DNA of 60,908 nucleotides, taken from a virus. Lineage: Duplodnaviria; Heunggongvirae; Uroviricota; Caudoviricetes. The translations under genes were made by a program, and so were the position numbers. Location: IMG/VR virus record IMGVR_UViG_3300027734_000034. One strand, given 5' to 3'. Shown here in pieces: positions 36,072 through 45,654 of the stretch (the first letter of the stretch is position 1; every line of letters starts with the position of its first letter). Below the pieces are notes generated by a model. That model was not told the DNA's origin, made no database searches, and saw nothing but the letters and a program-made list of their open reading frames with translations.

Positions 36072-36635
36072 TTAGTAGTTGGGAACGCCAGATGGTATAA
36101 TTCCAACTGGATTAACACCGGATGTGCCTGTATTTGAATGAGGCATGCCTAATTCTGTGATAGAGAATATACTATTGGCTCCTGCTACTGTCAAGTAAGA
36201 AACAATGTTTCCTTGCCCTACAATGATACTATTTTCTACAGTATTTGCAGGAATAATTTCGCTATTAGCGTTTGCTACAGTATAAGGAACACCATATGGA
36301 CTATATCTTGCAGTAGTATTTGCTATTGCTACAGAAGCATTTGCTGTTAGTGTTAAACTAGTATTATTAGCAATTGCTTTTACAATGCCAGCTGAGTTTC
36401 CGGTAGTATTACCTATCCAATGCCCAATTCCTAATTCTGTTAGAAATAACGTTCCTACTCCGGTAACGGTAGTACTATTAGTAGCACATGTTACATTTCC
36501 AGTTAATGCTACATTGGGGAAACTAGTAGTATATTGAATAGCTGAATTTGAAGTGGCTATTCTTACTTTATCCGTTGCAATGTTTGCCGAAGCTGCCGGT
36601 GTTGCAATGTTTGCTGTATATGCGTATGTTGTCAT
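36072..36635 (-). CDS. Virion structural protein
   Basis: A/N/T-rich beta protein with TTVTGVGTLF.TEL.G segment; structural context. Confidence 0.55.
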   Translation of the reverse strand: MTTYAYTANIATPAASANIATDKVRIATSNSAIQYTTSFPNVALTGNVTCATNSTTVTGVGTLFLTELGIGHWIGNTTGNSAGIVKAIANNTSLTLTANASVAIANTTARYSPYGVPYTVANANSEIIPANTVENSIIVGQGNIVSYLTVAGANSIFSITELGMPHSNTGTSGVNPVGIIPSGVPNY

Positions 36636-36662
36636 TTTGTTATTCCTATATCTTATTTATTA

Positions 36663-39071
36663 TTAAAGTCTACCAACCGCTACTTCAATAACGCCTTCGC
36701 CTTCAAAGTTTTCTAGCGATTTGCCAATTACTGTTCCTATTAATGGAATTGTTGATGGACGAGCAAATCCTCCTCCGGCACTTACTAGCATATCACCTTT
36801 ATGAATAGTTCCACGAACTTTACACGGGACTCGACCTTGCAATGCAAGTGCTACAATGTGTTCACCTTTACAAGTTGAATTCATTACATAAGCAGGGTTA
36901 GTTGATACTACCCCTGCTACTCTTGGGGTCAATGCTTCTGCTAGTGTGACTTCTTTGTCACCTCCAAACTCTAGTATAGTACCAGCTTCGTATAGTTTAT
37001 CTGCTTCATAATATTCTGCTAAGTCAGCATATGTTGCATTAAGTCTTGAGCCTGCACTTAGTGAGAAATTACCAGTAAATGTACCTACGTTTGCGTTTGA
37101 TCCAACTGATATAGTTGAATTATTAGCAAGTGTTAATCCAGTTAGTGTACCAACACTTGTGATATTTGTTTGTGATGCGGTTCCAATTGTTCCTAAAAAG
37201 GTAGTTGCAGAAAGTGAACCATTTGCTATATTTGCAGAATAAACTGTATTAGCACCTGGTGTATAATTTGCTGCTGCGGTGCCACTGACAAAAGGTATAT
37301 AATATGTACCTGTGGTTAAAGCAGAAACCGCAACATAATCACTTACATTCGCATGTGCAACATTTAAGTTAGCTACACGGGTAGTACTTGTTACTACTAA
37401 AGGAGCAGTACCACCGGCAATATTAGATATAAATTGCGGACTTGTTACATTGGCACTTGCTAATACCTGTGCTGTACCTAGATTACCAACATTAGCATTA
37501 CCAGAAACATTAGCAGTTCCGGTTATGTTGGCACCAGTACTAGTAATAACTAATGTAGAATTAGCATTGGCAGTTAGTGTTATATTTGCATCAGCCGTTA
37601 TAGTAATGTTACTATTAGCATTTTTCAATAACCCGCTGTTTATGGTAGTAATATTACCAGTAGTAGCGACTAGAGTAGTTGTACCTAAATTGCCAGTATT
37701 TGCATTGCCAGTAACATCAAACGTACCTATAACATTAGCACCTGTATTAGTAGCAGTTATCCTAGCATTAGCATTTCCATTAACATAAATTACAACATTT
37801 CCTGCTGCTGCTGGAATACTTACATTACTATTACCATTTGCAAATCGCCCAACAAAATTGCCACTAGTAGTATTACCAGTAACAGTTAAGCTAGTTAACG
37901 TACCTAAACTAGTTATATTTGGTTGAGCAGCCGTTGATAGTGTGCCTGTAAATAAAGTTGCACTTAATGCACCGGTTGCTGCATTGAATGACAAGTTTGC
38001 ATTTGCACCTTGTGCTACATTTCCTGACGTAGCATTTGCAAATATTGGATAAAATGTACCAGTGCTTTGTAAGGTAGTAACAGTAAAATCAGTTACATTT
38101 GCATATGCAACATTCAAGTTAGCTACACGGGTAGTACTAGTTACTGTCAATGGAGCAGTACCTATTGCTACATTAGAGATTAGTCTTGGTGATGTTATAG
38201 TAGAAGATGCAGTTATAGTGCCTGTTCCAACTGTACCACTTAGTACTGTTAAAGTATTTGAATTTTTGTCAAAGGTAAAGCCGGCTACACCATTTAAAAC
38301 ATTTTGATCATTGAATTGTACTGCTGTATTAGCACCGCCTACTGTTCCAGAGCCACCACTGCCGGATCCCAGTGTTGCTGTAGCAATAGCATTGGGTGAA
38401 TTTGTATAAGTTAAACTTGTTCCGTTTGAATTTGCTGTTCTACCTGAATCGGTATAAAGTTTTACGTTACCTGAGGATGCAAAATCAGTTGCTAGTGTTA
38501 AGTAAAATGTTAATCCATTAACATTTGCATTGGCAACACCGTTAACACCGGAAATAGTTATTGCTTGTCCATTGGTATACGGGGTAGTGTTTGCAACCGT
38601 CATAATAATCGGGGTCGCATTTGATAATGATATGATGTTACTGTACAGTGTTCCTTTTGGAGTCCAACTTAAATTACCTATACCATCTGTTTGTAACACA
38701 TAGCCAGCTGCACCGCCGGATACTGTTAAATTAGCTACAGGTCCTAGTTGTAATTTACTATTACCTATTTGACTACTATTTCCAGTATAGTTTTCCCATG
38801 TGTTTGTGCTAGAAACATAGGTTAATATTTGACCATTTAAAGCGGTAGTGATATTAAAGTTTCCTCCATCACTTCCGTTAATTTGATCAAAACTAATATT
38901 AGAGTATGAAGTTAATACTTCAATGTTTTGATCCGAAAAATTATTTCCGGTTCTACCAATAAATAATCTATTTTCATCGGCTGCCCAACCAAATTCGGCA
39001 TTATCTAATTGAGGTAAGTCAACTAGGTTTCCTGATCTTTGCTGGATTTTACTGATTTGTACTATGGCCAT
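36663..39071 (-). CDS. Tail fibre/spike protein with C-terminal intramolecular-chaperone (autocleavage-type) domain
   Basis: N-terminal ISKIQQRSG...LPQL...E.GW..D..RL.IG anchor; C-terminal YADLAEYY...VAGVVSTNPAY.MN...VAL.GRVPCKV.G...KGD.LV...IGKSLE. Confidence 0.75.
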   Translation of the reverse strand: MAIVQISKIQQRSGNLVDLPQLDNAEFGWAADENRLFIGRTGNNFSDQNIEVLTSYSNISFDQINGSDGGNFNITTALNGQILTYVSSTNTWENYTGNSSQIGNSKLQLGPVANLTVSGGAAGYVLQTDGIGNLSWTPKGTLYSNIISLSNATPIIMTVANTTPYTNGQAITISGVNGVANANVNGLTFYLTLATDFASSGNVKLYTDSGRTANSNGTSLTYTNSPNAIATATLGSGSGGSGTVGGANTAVQFNDQNVLNGVAGFTFDKNSNTLTVLSGTVGTGTITASSTITSPRLISNVAIGTAPLTVTSTTRVANLNVAYANVTDFTVTTLQSTGTFYPIFANATSGNVAQGANANLSFNAATGALSATLFTGTLSTAAQPNITSLGTLTSLTVTGNTTSGNFVGRFANGNSNVSIPAAAGNVVIYVNGNANARITATNTGANVIGTFDVTGNANTGNLGTTTLVATTGNITTINSGLLKNANSNITITADANITLTANANSTLVITSTGANITGTANVSGNANVGNLGTAQVLASANVTSPQFISNIAGGTAPLVVTSTTRVANLNVAHANVSDYVAVSALTTGTYYIPFVSGTAAANYTPGANTVYSANIANGSLSATTFLGTIGTASQTNITSVGTLTGLTLANNSTISVGSNANVGTFTGNFSLSAGSRLNATYADLAEYYEADKLYEAGTILEFGGDKEVTLAEALTPRVAGVVSTNPAYVMNSTCKGEHIVALALQGRVPCKVRGTIHKGDMLVSAGGGFARPSTIPLIGTVIGKSLENFEGEGVIEVAVGRL

Positions 39072-39122
39072 AAGTGTAATTCTTCACGTTTACACTTATT
39101 TATCATAATATTGTCTTAATCG

Positions 39123-39809
39123 CTATAGGAATTTCATATAGTATTGTTCTACTCGTTTGAACCACATGTCCGAATACTTGTCAAATTCAGTACCTTCAAT
39201 GATAAATTCTTGGTAAATATTGTCTTGGGTACACATAAAAATAACGCCCTTGCGTATTTTAGTGCCATGCACTTCGTTATGTGCATTAGCATATGCAGCT
39301 AATTGAACAAAATAATCATCAATCCATTCACGTTTTTTTAATTTGTTAGATTGCTTGTGGTCCATAATAGCATCACTCCCATCATGCACTCCACATAAGT
39401 CAGTAGTACCTGCATAAACTTTAGGGAAATACAAAGGAACTTCAGTGCCCCAGTATTCATTGCATTTCACTAATCCTTGTTCAATGATACTCTTAGCCAT
39501 CTTATGACTTTGAATACTGTAAGGGTTACTTCCAGATTCTGTGACTATACCTGTCTTAATATAATCCTCAAGAAACTTATGCATTCGTGTTCCACGATTT
39601 GCTGCTTCAGTTGTAATCGCTTGTGCTTTTTGAGCACCCATGCGTTTACGCCACTCGTTTAATGCTTTTTTACTTTCTTCTGATTTTGTTGCGTCTAGTA
39701 TTGTTGTAACGCTGGGAAGTTTCTCGCCATCTGGGGTAGCGTATTTGCGAGTGCCGTTTATTGTTTCACGGCTGATTGGGACATAGTTATATTTGTTTGG
39801 GTTGTACAT
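39123..39809 (-). CDS. PD-(D/E)XK exonuclease (MGME1/RecB-like)
   Basis: LPSVTTIL, RGT.MH..LE.Y, E.PLY, YAGT.D, D.KQS, QLAAYA. Confidence 0.85.
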   Translation of the reverse strand: MYNPNKYNYVPISRETINGTRKYATPDGEKLPSVTTILDATKSEESKKALNEWRKRMGAQKAQAITTEAANRGTRMHKFLEDYIKTGIVTESGSNPYSIQSHKMAKSIIEQGLVKCNEYWGTEVPLYFPKVYAGTTDLCGVHDGSDAIMDHKQSNKLKKREWIDDYFVQLAAYANAHNEVHGTKIRKGVIFMCTQDNIYQEFIIEGTEFDKYSDMWFKRVEQYYMKFL

Positions 39810-39815
39810 CAATCA

Positions 39816-39844
39816 ATTGTACACAATTAAAGTAACATTGTCAA
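39816..39844 (-). promoter_or_regulatory. sigma70-type promoter, probably yielding a leaderless mRNA
   Basis: TTGACA-N17-TACAAT with the ATG 6 nt after the -10 box and no RBS. Confidence 0.7.
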
Positions 39845-39853
39845 ACTATTCGG

Positions 39854-40180
39854 TTAGACCCTGAAACTCTCACCACATCCACATCTATCACGCTCATTTG
39901 GATTAGTGAATTCAAACCCTTCATTAAGTCCATTACGGACATAATCTATATTCAATCCAGTTAAGTAGACTAGACTTTTCTCGTCTATTAATAAGATGAA
40001 ATCTTTTTGAGCAAAATTAGTTACACCAACTTCAGGCTCATACTTATCTACATACTCAAGCACATAGGCTAATCCAGAACATCCTGTCGTTTTGACACCT
40101 ATTCTGATACCCAACCCTTTGCCTCTTTTTGCAAGAGTTTGTTTTATTTTATTAGTTGCTTTGTCTGTGATAGCTATCAT
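39854..40180 (-). CDS. iscA: Iron-sulfur cluster assembly A-type carrier (IscA/HesB family)
   Basis: GVKTTGCSGLAY, IDY...GL.EGF.F.NPN....CGCGESF. Confidence 0.95.
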   Translation of the reverse strand: MIAITDKATNKIKQTLAKRGKGLGIRIGVKTTGCSGLAYVLEYVDKYEPEVGVTNFAQKDFILLIDEKSLVYLTGLNIDYVRNGLNEGFEFTNPNERDRCGCGESFRV

Positions 40181-40512
40181 TGAGTCGGCATAGCACTTTG
40201 TGCCATCTGTCCTACTATTTCTTGATTTTGTGTTTGATCTGGATTTTTCATCTCGTCATCATGCCCTTTAAAAATTACACTATCACCTTGTATATTTTTA
40301 ATAACAGTATTCAATGGTGGATTCTGTATCATATCATACAAGTCAGTAACATCTAATACGATGCCATATTCTTGTAGATATGATAAAAATTGATCCGTTG
40401 AGTAATTGTTAGGGTCTATGTGACCGTTGTCTATATCAGACTTAAGCTGATTGATAGCAACAATTAGTTTGGCACTTAACGGATCCGGGCCATCAAGTTC
40501 AAAAAGAAACAT
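40177..40512 (-). CDS. Hypothetical protein
   Basis: Clean ORF, ATGA-coupled to iscA. Confidence 0.6.
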   Translation of the reverse strand: MFLFELDGPDPLSAKLIVAINQLKSDIDNGHIDPNNYSTDQFLSYLQEYGIVLDVTDLYDMIQNPPLNTVIKNIQGDSVIFKGHDDEMKNPDQTQNQEIVGQMAQSAMPTQ

Positions 40513-40513
40513 A

Positions 40514-41236
40514 TTATCTCTTTGCTCTACCTACGCCACCTGATGGAGGAACTTCAGGAGCTTCCGGTGCTGGAGGAGGAACATCACCCATTCCCATATC
40601 AGCTTCTTCTTCGCCTGCTGCCATACCAGCATCCATGCCTGCATCCATTCCAACGTCAGCACCCATGTCAGCACCAGCATCAAATGCTGCATCTACTGCT
40701 TGACCGGTAAGACCGTTTAATGCATTCTTCAATGCACTTGATGCTTCTTTCAATGTAGCAGATAATGAATCTAATTGTCCAGAAACTTCATCATTGTATG
40801 CTTGACTTTCGTTAACGCCAATTTCGCTTTCGATACTAGCAACTAATGCAGGTAATTCTTTAACTTGCATTTGACCTACATCTTCAAGCATTTTCTGTAC
40901 TTGGTCTACCATGTCTTGTGCTGCTAATACAACTTGTGACTTTTCAACTTCTTCATTCTCAACCATGATTCTTGGTTGAGGTTGTGAACGTAGTTCGTTA
41001 TAGTGATCAGCAAGTGCTTGCTCCATAAACACCAACTTCATATATGAAGGAGATGTTTGACTATTGTGATAGTCAGAAGATTGTCTTGATTCATTCATCA
41101 ATCCACGAACTTTTTGAAGCATGGTCCGTGTAGATGACATAGACATGTTCCCTACATTGAATGAAGTTTCATATTGTTCGTTTAATACTCTAGCAGAGTA
41201 ACTGCGGCGATTGTTGTTTAGTTCGGTTAGTTTCAT
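40514..41236 (-). CDS. Probable prohead core/scaffold-like protein
   Basis: Helical and acidic with xxE processing-like sites, QVVLAAQDMVD motif and Pro/Asp/Met-rich tail; late promoter at 41264-41271. Confidence 0.45.
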   Translation of the reverse strand: MKLTELNNNRRSYSARVLNEQYETSFNVGNMSMSSTRTMLQKVRGLMNESRQSSDYHNSQTSPSYMKLVFMEQALADHYNELRSQPQPRIMVENEEVEKSQVVLAAQDMVDQVQKMLEDVGQMQVKELPALVASIESEIGVNESQAYNDEVSGQLDSLSATLKEASSALKNALNGLTGQAVDAAFDAGADMGADVGMDAGMDAGMAAGEEEADMGMGDVPPPAPEAPEVPPSGGVGRAKR

Positions 41237-41284
41237 ATTTGTATTCCAGAGAAATATATAATATATTTATCTTTTCTTTCGTTA

Positions 41285-41761
41285 TTATGCGGATTTCATA
41301 TTGAACTGTTTAGTCTGCCAAATCTTAGAAGTCTCTACATAACCGTCTAATTCTTCTAATATTTGCTTTTTTTCTAGTTTTTCTTCCCCTAATTTAGCCA
41401 AGTAAATTAGTTTTTCTTCTAGTTTTTTAGACTTTTTTGCTAGTCGTTGATGTACTATTATAGCAGCATCTATGCTTGACAATTTATTATCCAAATCATA
41501 TATTCGTTTGGATTCGTATATGCTGTTGCGCTTGTCATAAGTACACCAAGCTACTGCATTTTTTAATACATTGAACGACTTGGTTCCTGCAATACGGTCT
41601 AGTTCTACAACATAATATCCATTATTTTTCTTAATGGAATATTTGCTGAACAGATAATATGATCCATCTGGACTTTGAATTATACTCAATTCGCTTAATT
41701 TTTTAATTTCAGCTTCAGGAATAGCTTTTGTTATTTTTCGTAATAGTTTATCACTAATCAT
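41285..41761 (-). CDS. Hypothetical protein
   Basis: Clean ORF overlapping the upstream stop. Confidence 0.6.
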   Translation of the reverse strand: MISDKLLRKITKAIPEAEIKKLSELSIIQSPDGSYYLFSKYSIKKNNGYYVVELDRIAGTKSFNVLKNAVAWCTYDKRNSIYESKRIYDLDNKLSSIDAAIIVHQRLAKKSKKLEEKLIYLAKLGEEKLEKKQILEELDGYVETSKIWQTKQFNMKSA

Positions 41762-42203
41762 TTGTTAATACTTTAAAATATATGTTTCTTAATTCATCAC
41801 TTGAATCTAAGAATAATGGAAGATGCCCCCATTCAGTTCCGCATTTAATCATTGGAACACGGTCACAATCACTATATAATGCCCCCAATTCACTTACCCC
41901 ATCATAGAAAACACTTGGGTGATGCACCATAAAATCAAAGGACCAGCATGGATAAGTCTCATCTTCAAATTGAGAAAACAAGAATCCAAACTCAGTAAAC
42001 TCATCAAATCTTATCATATTTTTTTCAGGAATACGCACGATTTCTGGTTGACTACGCAATGAAATAGCTTGTTGCACTGTGTCAAAATTACTTTGTGTAT
42101 TGCGTTTATAGCGCAATTCTTGATTCATATCAGGGCGGTGACGGTTGAGTACATTAGTCTGTGTGATATCAAATAAGGTATAACAAGTGATTGTGTAACT
42201 CAT
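41754..42203 (-). CDS. Hypothetical protein
   Basis: Clean ORF; TTAAATA late-like motif upstream. Confidence 0.6.
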   Translation of the reverse strand: MSYTITCYTLFDITQTNVLNRHRPDMNQELRYKRNTQSNFDTVQQAISLRSQPEIVRIPEKNMIRFDEFTEFGFLFSQFEDETYPCWSFDFMVHHPSVFYDGVSELGALYSDCDRVPMIKCGTEWGHLPLFLDSSDELRNIYFKVLTND

Positions 42204-42222
42204 ACTAGTATTTAACAGAGGT

Positions 42223-42252
42223 AAAAAAACCCTAGAAAATCTAGGGTTCTTT
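42223..42252 (-). terminator. Intrinsic terminator
   Basis: Minus strand AACCCTAG-ATTTT-CTAGGGTT followed by T-tract. Confidence 0.8.
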
Positions 42253-42266
42253 TATACAGATATTGA

Positions 42267-42656
42267 TTAACCTGTGAATGTAGCTGAAGCTGAAACAACT
42301 ACTGAATTTGCAGCACCGCCGGCTGTTAAGCCTGCACGAATAGCTGTTTGCAATGTTGCTGTAGTCCATGCAGCGACTGGATAAACAGCCATTGCCAATG
42401 TATCAGGACCTGCAGTTGTGAACTCATAGATGTAAACTGTAGCTAATTGCTGTGTAGCTTGAATAGCTAAAGAAACTTGAGTACCTGTCAATGCGCTTGA
42501 ACCAGATGCTGTGACTGTGAAGAAGTCTAGCTTAGGACCTTGAGGTTGAACTGTTGCCGCAGAACTAACTGCGTTTGCACCACTGTTTGTGTATGCTGGT
42601 GAGTCAAAGTTGATTACCGGTAGAAAGTCACCGTTAACTTTTGTAAATTGTGCCAT
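42267..42656 (-). CDS. Small monocistronic late protein, probable abundant virion (decoration-like) protein
   Basis: Own CATAAATA motif (42702-42709), AAGGA RBS and terminator; A/T/S/G-rich. Confidence 0.55.
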   Translation of the reverse strand: MAQFTKVNGDFLPVINFDSPAYTNSGANAVSSAATVQPQGPKLDFFTVTASGSSALTGTQVSLAIQATQQLATVYIYEFTTAGPDTLAMAVYPVAAWTTATLQTAIRAGLTAGGAANSVVVSASATFTG

Positions 42657-42737
42657 TTTGAAATTCCTTTTAATATTTTGAAGCCTACTGCCTCATACAT
42701 ATATTTATGCCAGAACCAAAAAAAACACGGATTTGGA

Positions 42738-43937
42738 TTAGCGGCCGGCTAGATTTTGACGGCTAAATCCCATTCTATCAACAAATTTTAAGCCATTTGA
42801 TACGAAACCTTCGTGTGTTTCTGTGCCGTCATCTAAATAACCTTTGACCGGGGACTCTCTTGCTGCTTTATTAAGCTGTTCTACAATAGACATTTTCAAC
42901 TTATACATCTCTACCCAGATGGTAAATGCACCTTTAATAGCTTCTGTATTTTGTTGAAGATAGCCCGGCACAAGAACTTCTTTCTTTGTAGCAGGATCTA
43001 ATGTCGTGTAGCCTAATAATTTCTTCTTCATGGGTTCAGTCATTGGTCTAGCTTTGACAAAATCCATAAACCCTTGTGCTAAATCATTCAAATTACCTTC
43101 AACAATTCGTTTGTTAATGAATACAGTAAACAATTGATTAAATGTATTTCGTGCTTGGGGCGCATTATCCATAAATTGATCTACTACTGCCCCGTATTTA
43201 CTGATGGCATTTTTAACATCTTTAGCCATAGATGTATCTAATTTAATCTTAGGAGTTATAGGCATGGCACTAGGGACAATTGCAACATTGCTATTGTTTT
43301 TAAGTTGTCCAATCGATCCATTCAATGGAGTAGCATCATCAGTTGTCATAGCATTGGGATCAAGATATTGATGAACAGCAATTCCAGCTTGTTTACCTGT
43401 CATTAATCTACCCAAATCACTATCAACAACAACTTTATAAGCAATGCCTTTAGGATTTGCTTTGAAAGTGTACATACCATTTTGTTCTTGTAGTGTTTGA
43501 CTGAACAATAAATCACCCCAATAATAACCTTTGCCACCACTGGAAGCTGATTTTAATCCTGGCCATATCTCTGCCATTAAACTGTGTAATCCAGAACGGT
43601 CAACTCCCCTAGCTTGGTCATACTGCACAAACTGCTCAGGACTGAACACTTGACGACCACTTCCATCTTTCTTATTGAACATATGCTTGTCCATTATAGA
43701 AAACTGTCCACGACTGTTGCGTCCAAATATTAATGCAGGATATCCGTCCCACTTAATAGTAACAGTTTTAGGATTTTTCACAGTAGCAATTGCCGCTTGC
43801 AATGCACGATTTGCGCCTTCGCTACCTCCTAAAAAGATTAAATCTTCCGGATGGTCTAGATGTCCTTTGTCCTCAGTAATAGCAGATATTTTGTTTACTT
43901 TATCTCTTAATACTGCTAGTGATTCAGCCAGGTTCAC
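42738..43937 (-). CDS. KxDG-motif protein, putative ligase-like nucleotidyltransferase
   Basis: HLDHPED ... TIKWDGYPALIFG ... GYYWGDLLF ... HEGFV; GTG start overlaps the upstream TGA. Confidence 0.5.
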   Translation of the reverse strand: MNLAESLAVLRDKVNKISAITEDKGHLDHPEDLIFLGGSEGANRALQAAIATVKNPKTVTIKWDGYPALIFGRNSRGQFSIMDKHMFNKKDGSGRQVFSPEQFVQYDQARGVDRSGLHSLMAEIWPGLKSASSGGKGYYWGDLLFSQTLQEQNGMYTFKANPKGIAYKVVVDSDLGRLMTGKQAGIAVHQYLDPNAMTTDDATPLNGSIGQLKNNSNVAIVPSAMPITPKIKLDTSMAKDVKNAISKYGAVVDQFMDNAPQARNTFNQLFTVFINKRIVEGNLNDLAQGFMDFVKARPMTEPMKKKLLGYTTLDPATKKEVLVPGYLQQNTEAIKGAFTIWVEMYKLKMSIVEQLNKAARESPVKGYLDDGTETHEGFVSNGLKFVDRMGFSRQNLAGR

Positions 43938-44173
43938 GGCTTTTTCCTTAAAGTTTTAGCAAATCTCTGCTGGTCTTTGCTCTTTATGGAACTTAATAAC
44001 TTACGCTCTAGTATTTGCGCTTGTTCTTCTGGGTAGTGTTTATTGATCATCTCAATTAAATTAATAGCACTGGTGATAATATTATGCGCTCTACTCTCAA
44101 TGATGTGGGTAGTGTCACGGTTAGTACCAAGTGCTTCTAATTCCTGCAAGAGGGAGCGGGTTTGTTTTTGCAT
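43934..44173 (-). CDS. Hypothetical protein
   Basis: Clean ORF with CATAAATA (44190-44197) and AGGA RBS. Confidence 0.6.
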   Translation of the reverse strand: MQKQTRSLLQELEALGTNRDTTHIIESRAHNIITSAINLIEMINKHYPEEQAQILERKLLSSIKSKDQQRFAKTLRKKP

Positions 44174-44211
44174 ATAATTATCCTACTTGTATTTATGCGA
44201 TTCCAGAATAA

Positions 44212-45654
44212 TTATTTCTTTAATGAGTTTAACAAGGACTTTAATTTAGACCCTTGTGCATCTGCGTGTACTGTCCTAGTTAACGGTTCTAATGTAATTT
44301 CACCTGTAGTTTGATCAACCGTATAATCTGTAACTGTAGCTTGTGGTTTTAGTGTACTTATAATATCATTTGCACTAGGCTTTGGAGTATAACTCTGTTC
44401 TCCGTCAATTCCCGGGTCGCTAATACGCATAGTTTCAACATCATATTCTAAATCAATCTTCATACCAACACCAGTTGAACTACGACTTTTCATACATTGA
44501 ATCTGATATTTACCGCGCTCACGCATACTGCGGCTTGTGAAAATACCAAACACATTATCTGCTGTGTTAATCTTACTGATACCACCTGCAATGTGACTAT
44601 GATCAAACTCAATTTCATCAACCGCTGTACGATTCAATTGACTTGCTGTAACTAATAATACACCAAGTTCCTTCGCTAGATTACGCAATTCTTCTGCTAC
44701 ATACTTGTCTTTAATAAACTGGTCAGTTGGATTGACTTTGATACTGACTGGCATAACTAAATCTAAGTAATCAACCATAACAAAGTCAATCTTAATCCCA
44801 GTCTGAATCTGTACCTCTTTCAAATAAGCACGGATATCATTGACATTACTCTGAGCAGGTAAATTCTTAACACGATACTTACCAGACTTCTTGCCTGCCA
44901 TTTTAACTCTAAGTTCTGTTGTATCAATGTCTTTACGAATTGCTTTTGTACCCATCATGGTTAACATTGCATCAGTACGCAAACTTGTTAATTCTTCGCT
45001 CAATTCTAATGTAATGTAAACACCACTCATGCCCATCTGTAACCAGCTTAATGCAATGTTCATCATCACCAATGATTTACCTGAACCTGAACCACCTGCA
45101 AAGATATTCAACTCACCTCTACTCATGCCACCATAGAGAATCTTATCCATCTGTGGCCAGCCTGTACTTACTTGTCCACCGCTGTTAAAGTATTTGTTGA
45201 TGCGACCTTTAGGATCAGCAAAGTAATCTGTACCCATGTCTTTCTGTAAACTAATCTGTACCGCATCTTTGATTAGTTTTTCAACTGGTTCAAACTCACC
45301 CTTCTCCAACAAGTCTGCTGCTTTAAGAATTGCTCGTTCTAATTCTTGTCGTTTAGTAAATGATTCAAATTCATCAAAGAACCATTCATAATGTCCATCG
45401 TTCAATTCTGGAATAGGATCAATGTCTATTCCAGTTGTTGCTTTGATTTGTGTTGCATCTGGCAATACTCTATATTTGTCTGTGTGTGACTTGAACAACT
45501 CAGCCACTGGTCTAATAGAACGGTCAAAGTTTTCGCTATTCATTATGTTCATTACACGGGTATACAACTCCGCGTTTGTAACCATCATCCTCAGAAAGAG
45601 TTTCTGAACATCTGTTGTATATTCTAATTGTTTTTTAGTTTCCTGCTTTGCCAA
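44212..45654 (-). CDS. gp41: Replicative DnaB-like helicase (T4 gp41-like)
   Basis: Walker A AGGSGSGKS, YITLELSE, VDYLDL, TASQLNR, KSRSS. Confidence 0.92.
   Translation of the reverse strand: MAKQETKKQLEYTTDVQKLFLRMMVTNAELYTRVMNIMNSENFDRSIRPVAELFKSHTDKYRVLPDATQIKATTGIDIDPIPELNDGHYEWFFDEFESFTKRQELERAILKAADLLEKGEFEPVEKLIKDAVQISLQKDMGTDYFADPKGRINKYFNSGGQVSTGWPQMDKILYGGMSRGELNIFAGGSGSGKSLVMMNIALSWLQMGMSGVYITLELSEELTSLRTDAMLTMMGTKAIRKDIDTTELRVKMAGKKSGKYRVKNLPAQSNVNDIRAYLKEVQIQTGIKIDFVMVDYLDLVMPVSIKVNPTDQFIKDKYVAEELRNLAKELGVLLVTASQLNRTAVDEIEFDHSHIAGGISKINTADNVFGIFTSRSMRERGKYQIQCMKSRSSTGVGMKIDLEYDVETMRISDPGIDGEQSYTPKPSANDIISTLKPQATVTDYTVDQTTGEITLEPLTRTVHADAQGSKLKSLLNSLKK

Noticed and set aside
39123-39809. 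Cas4 call for the PD-(D/E)XK nuclease
   Set aside because: It lacks the four-Cys Fe-S motif of Cas4, and there is no CRISPR context.
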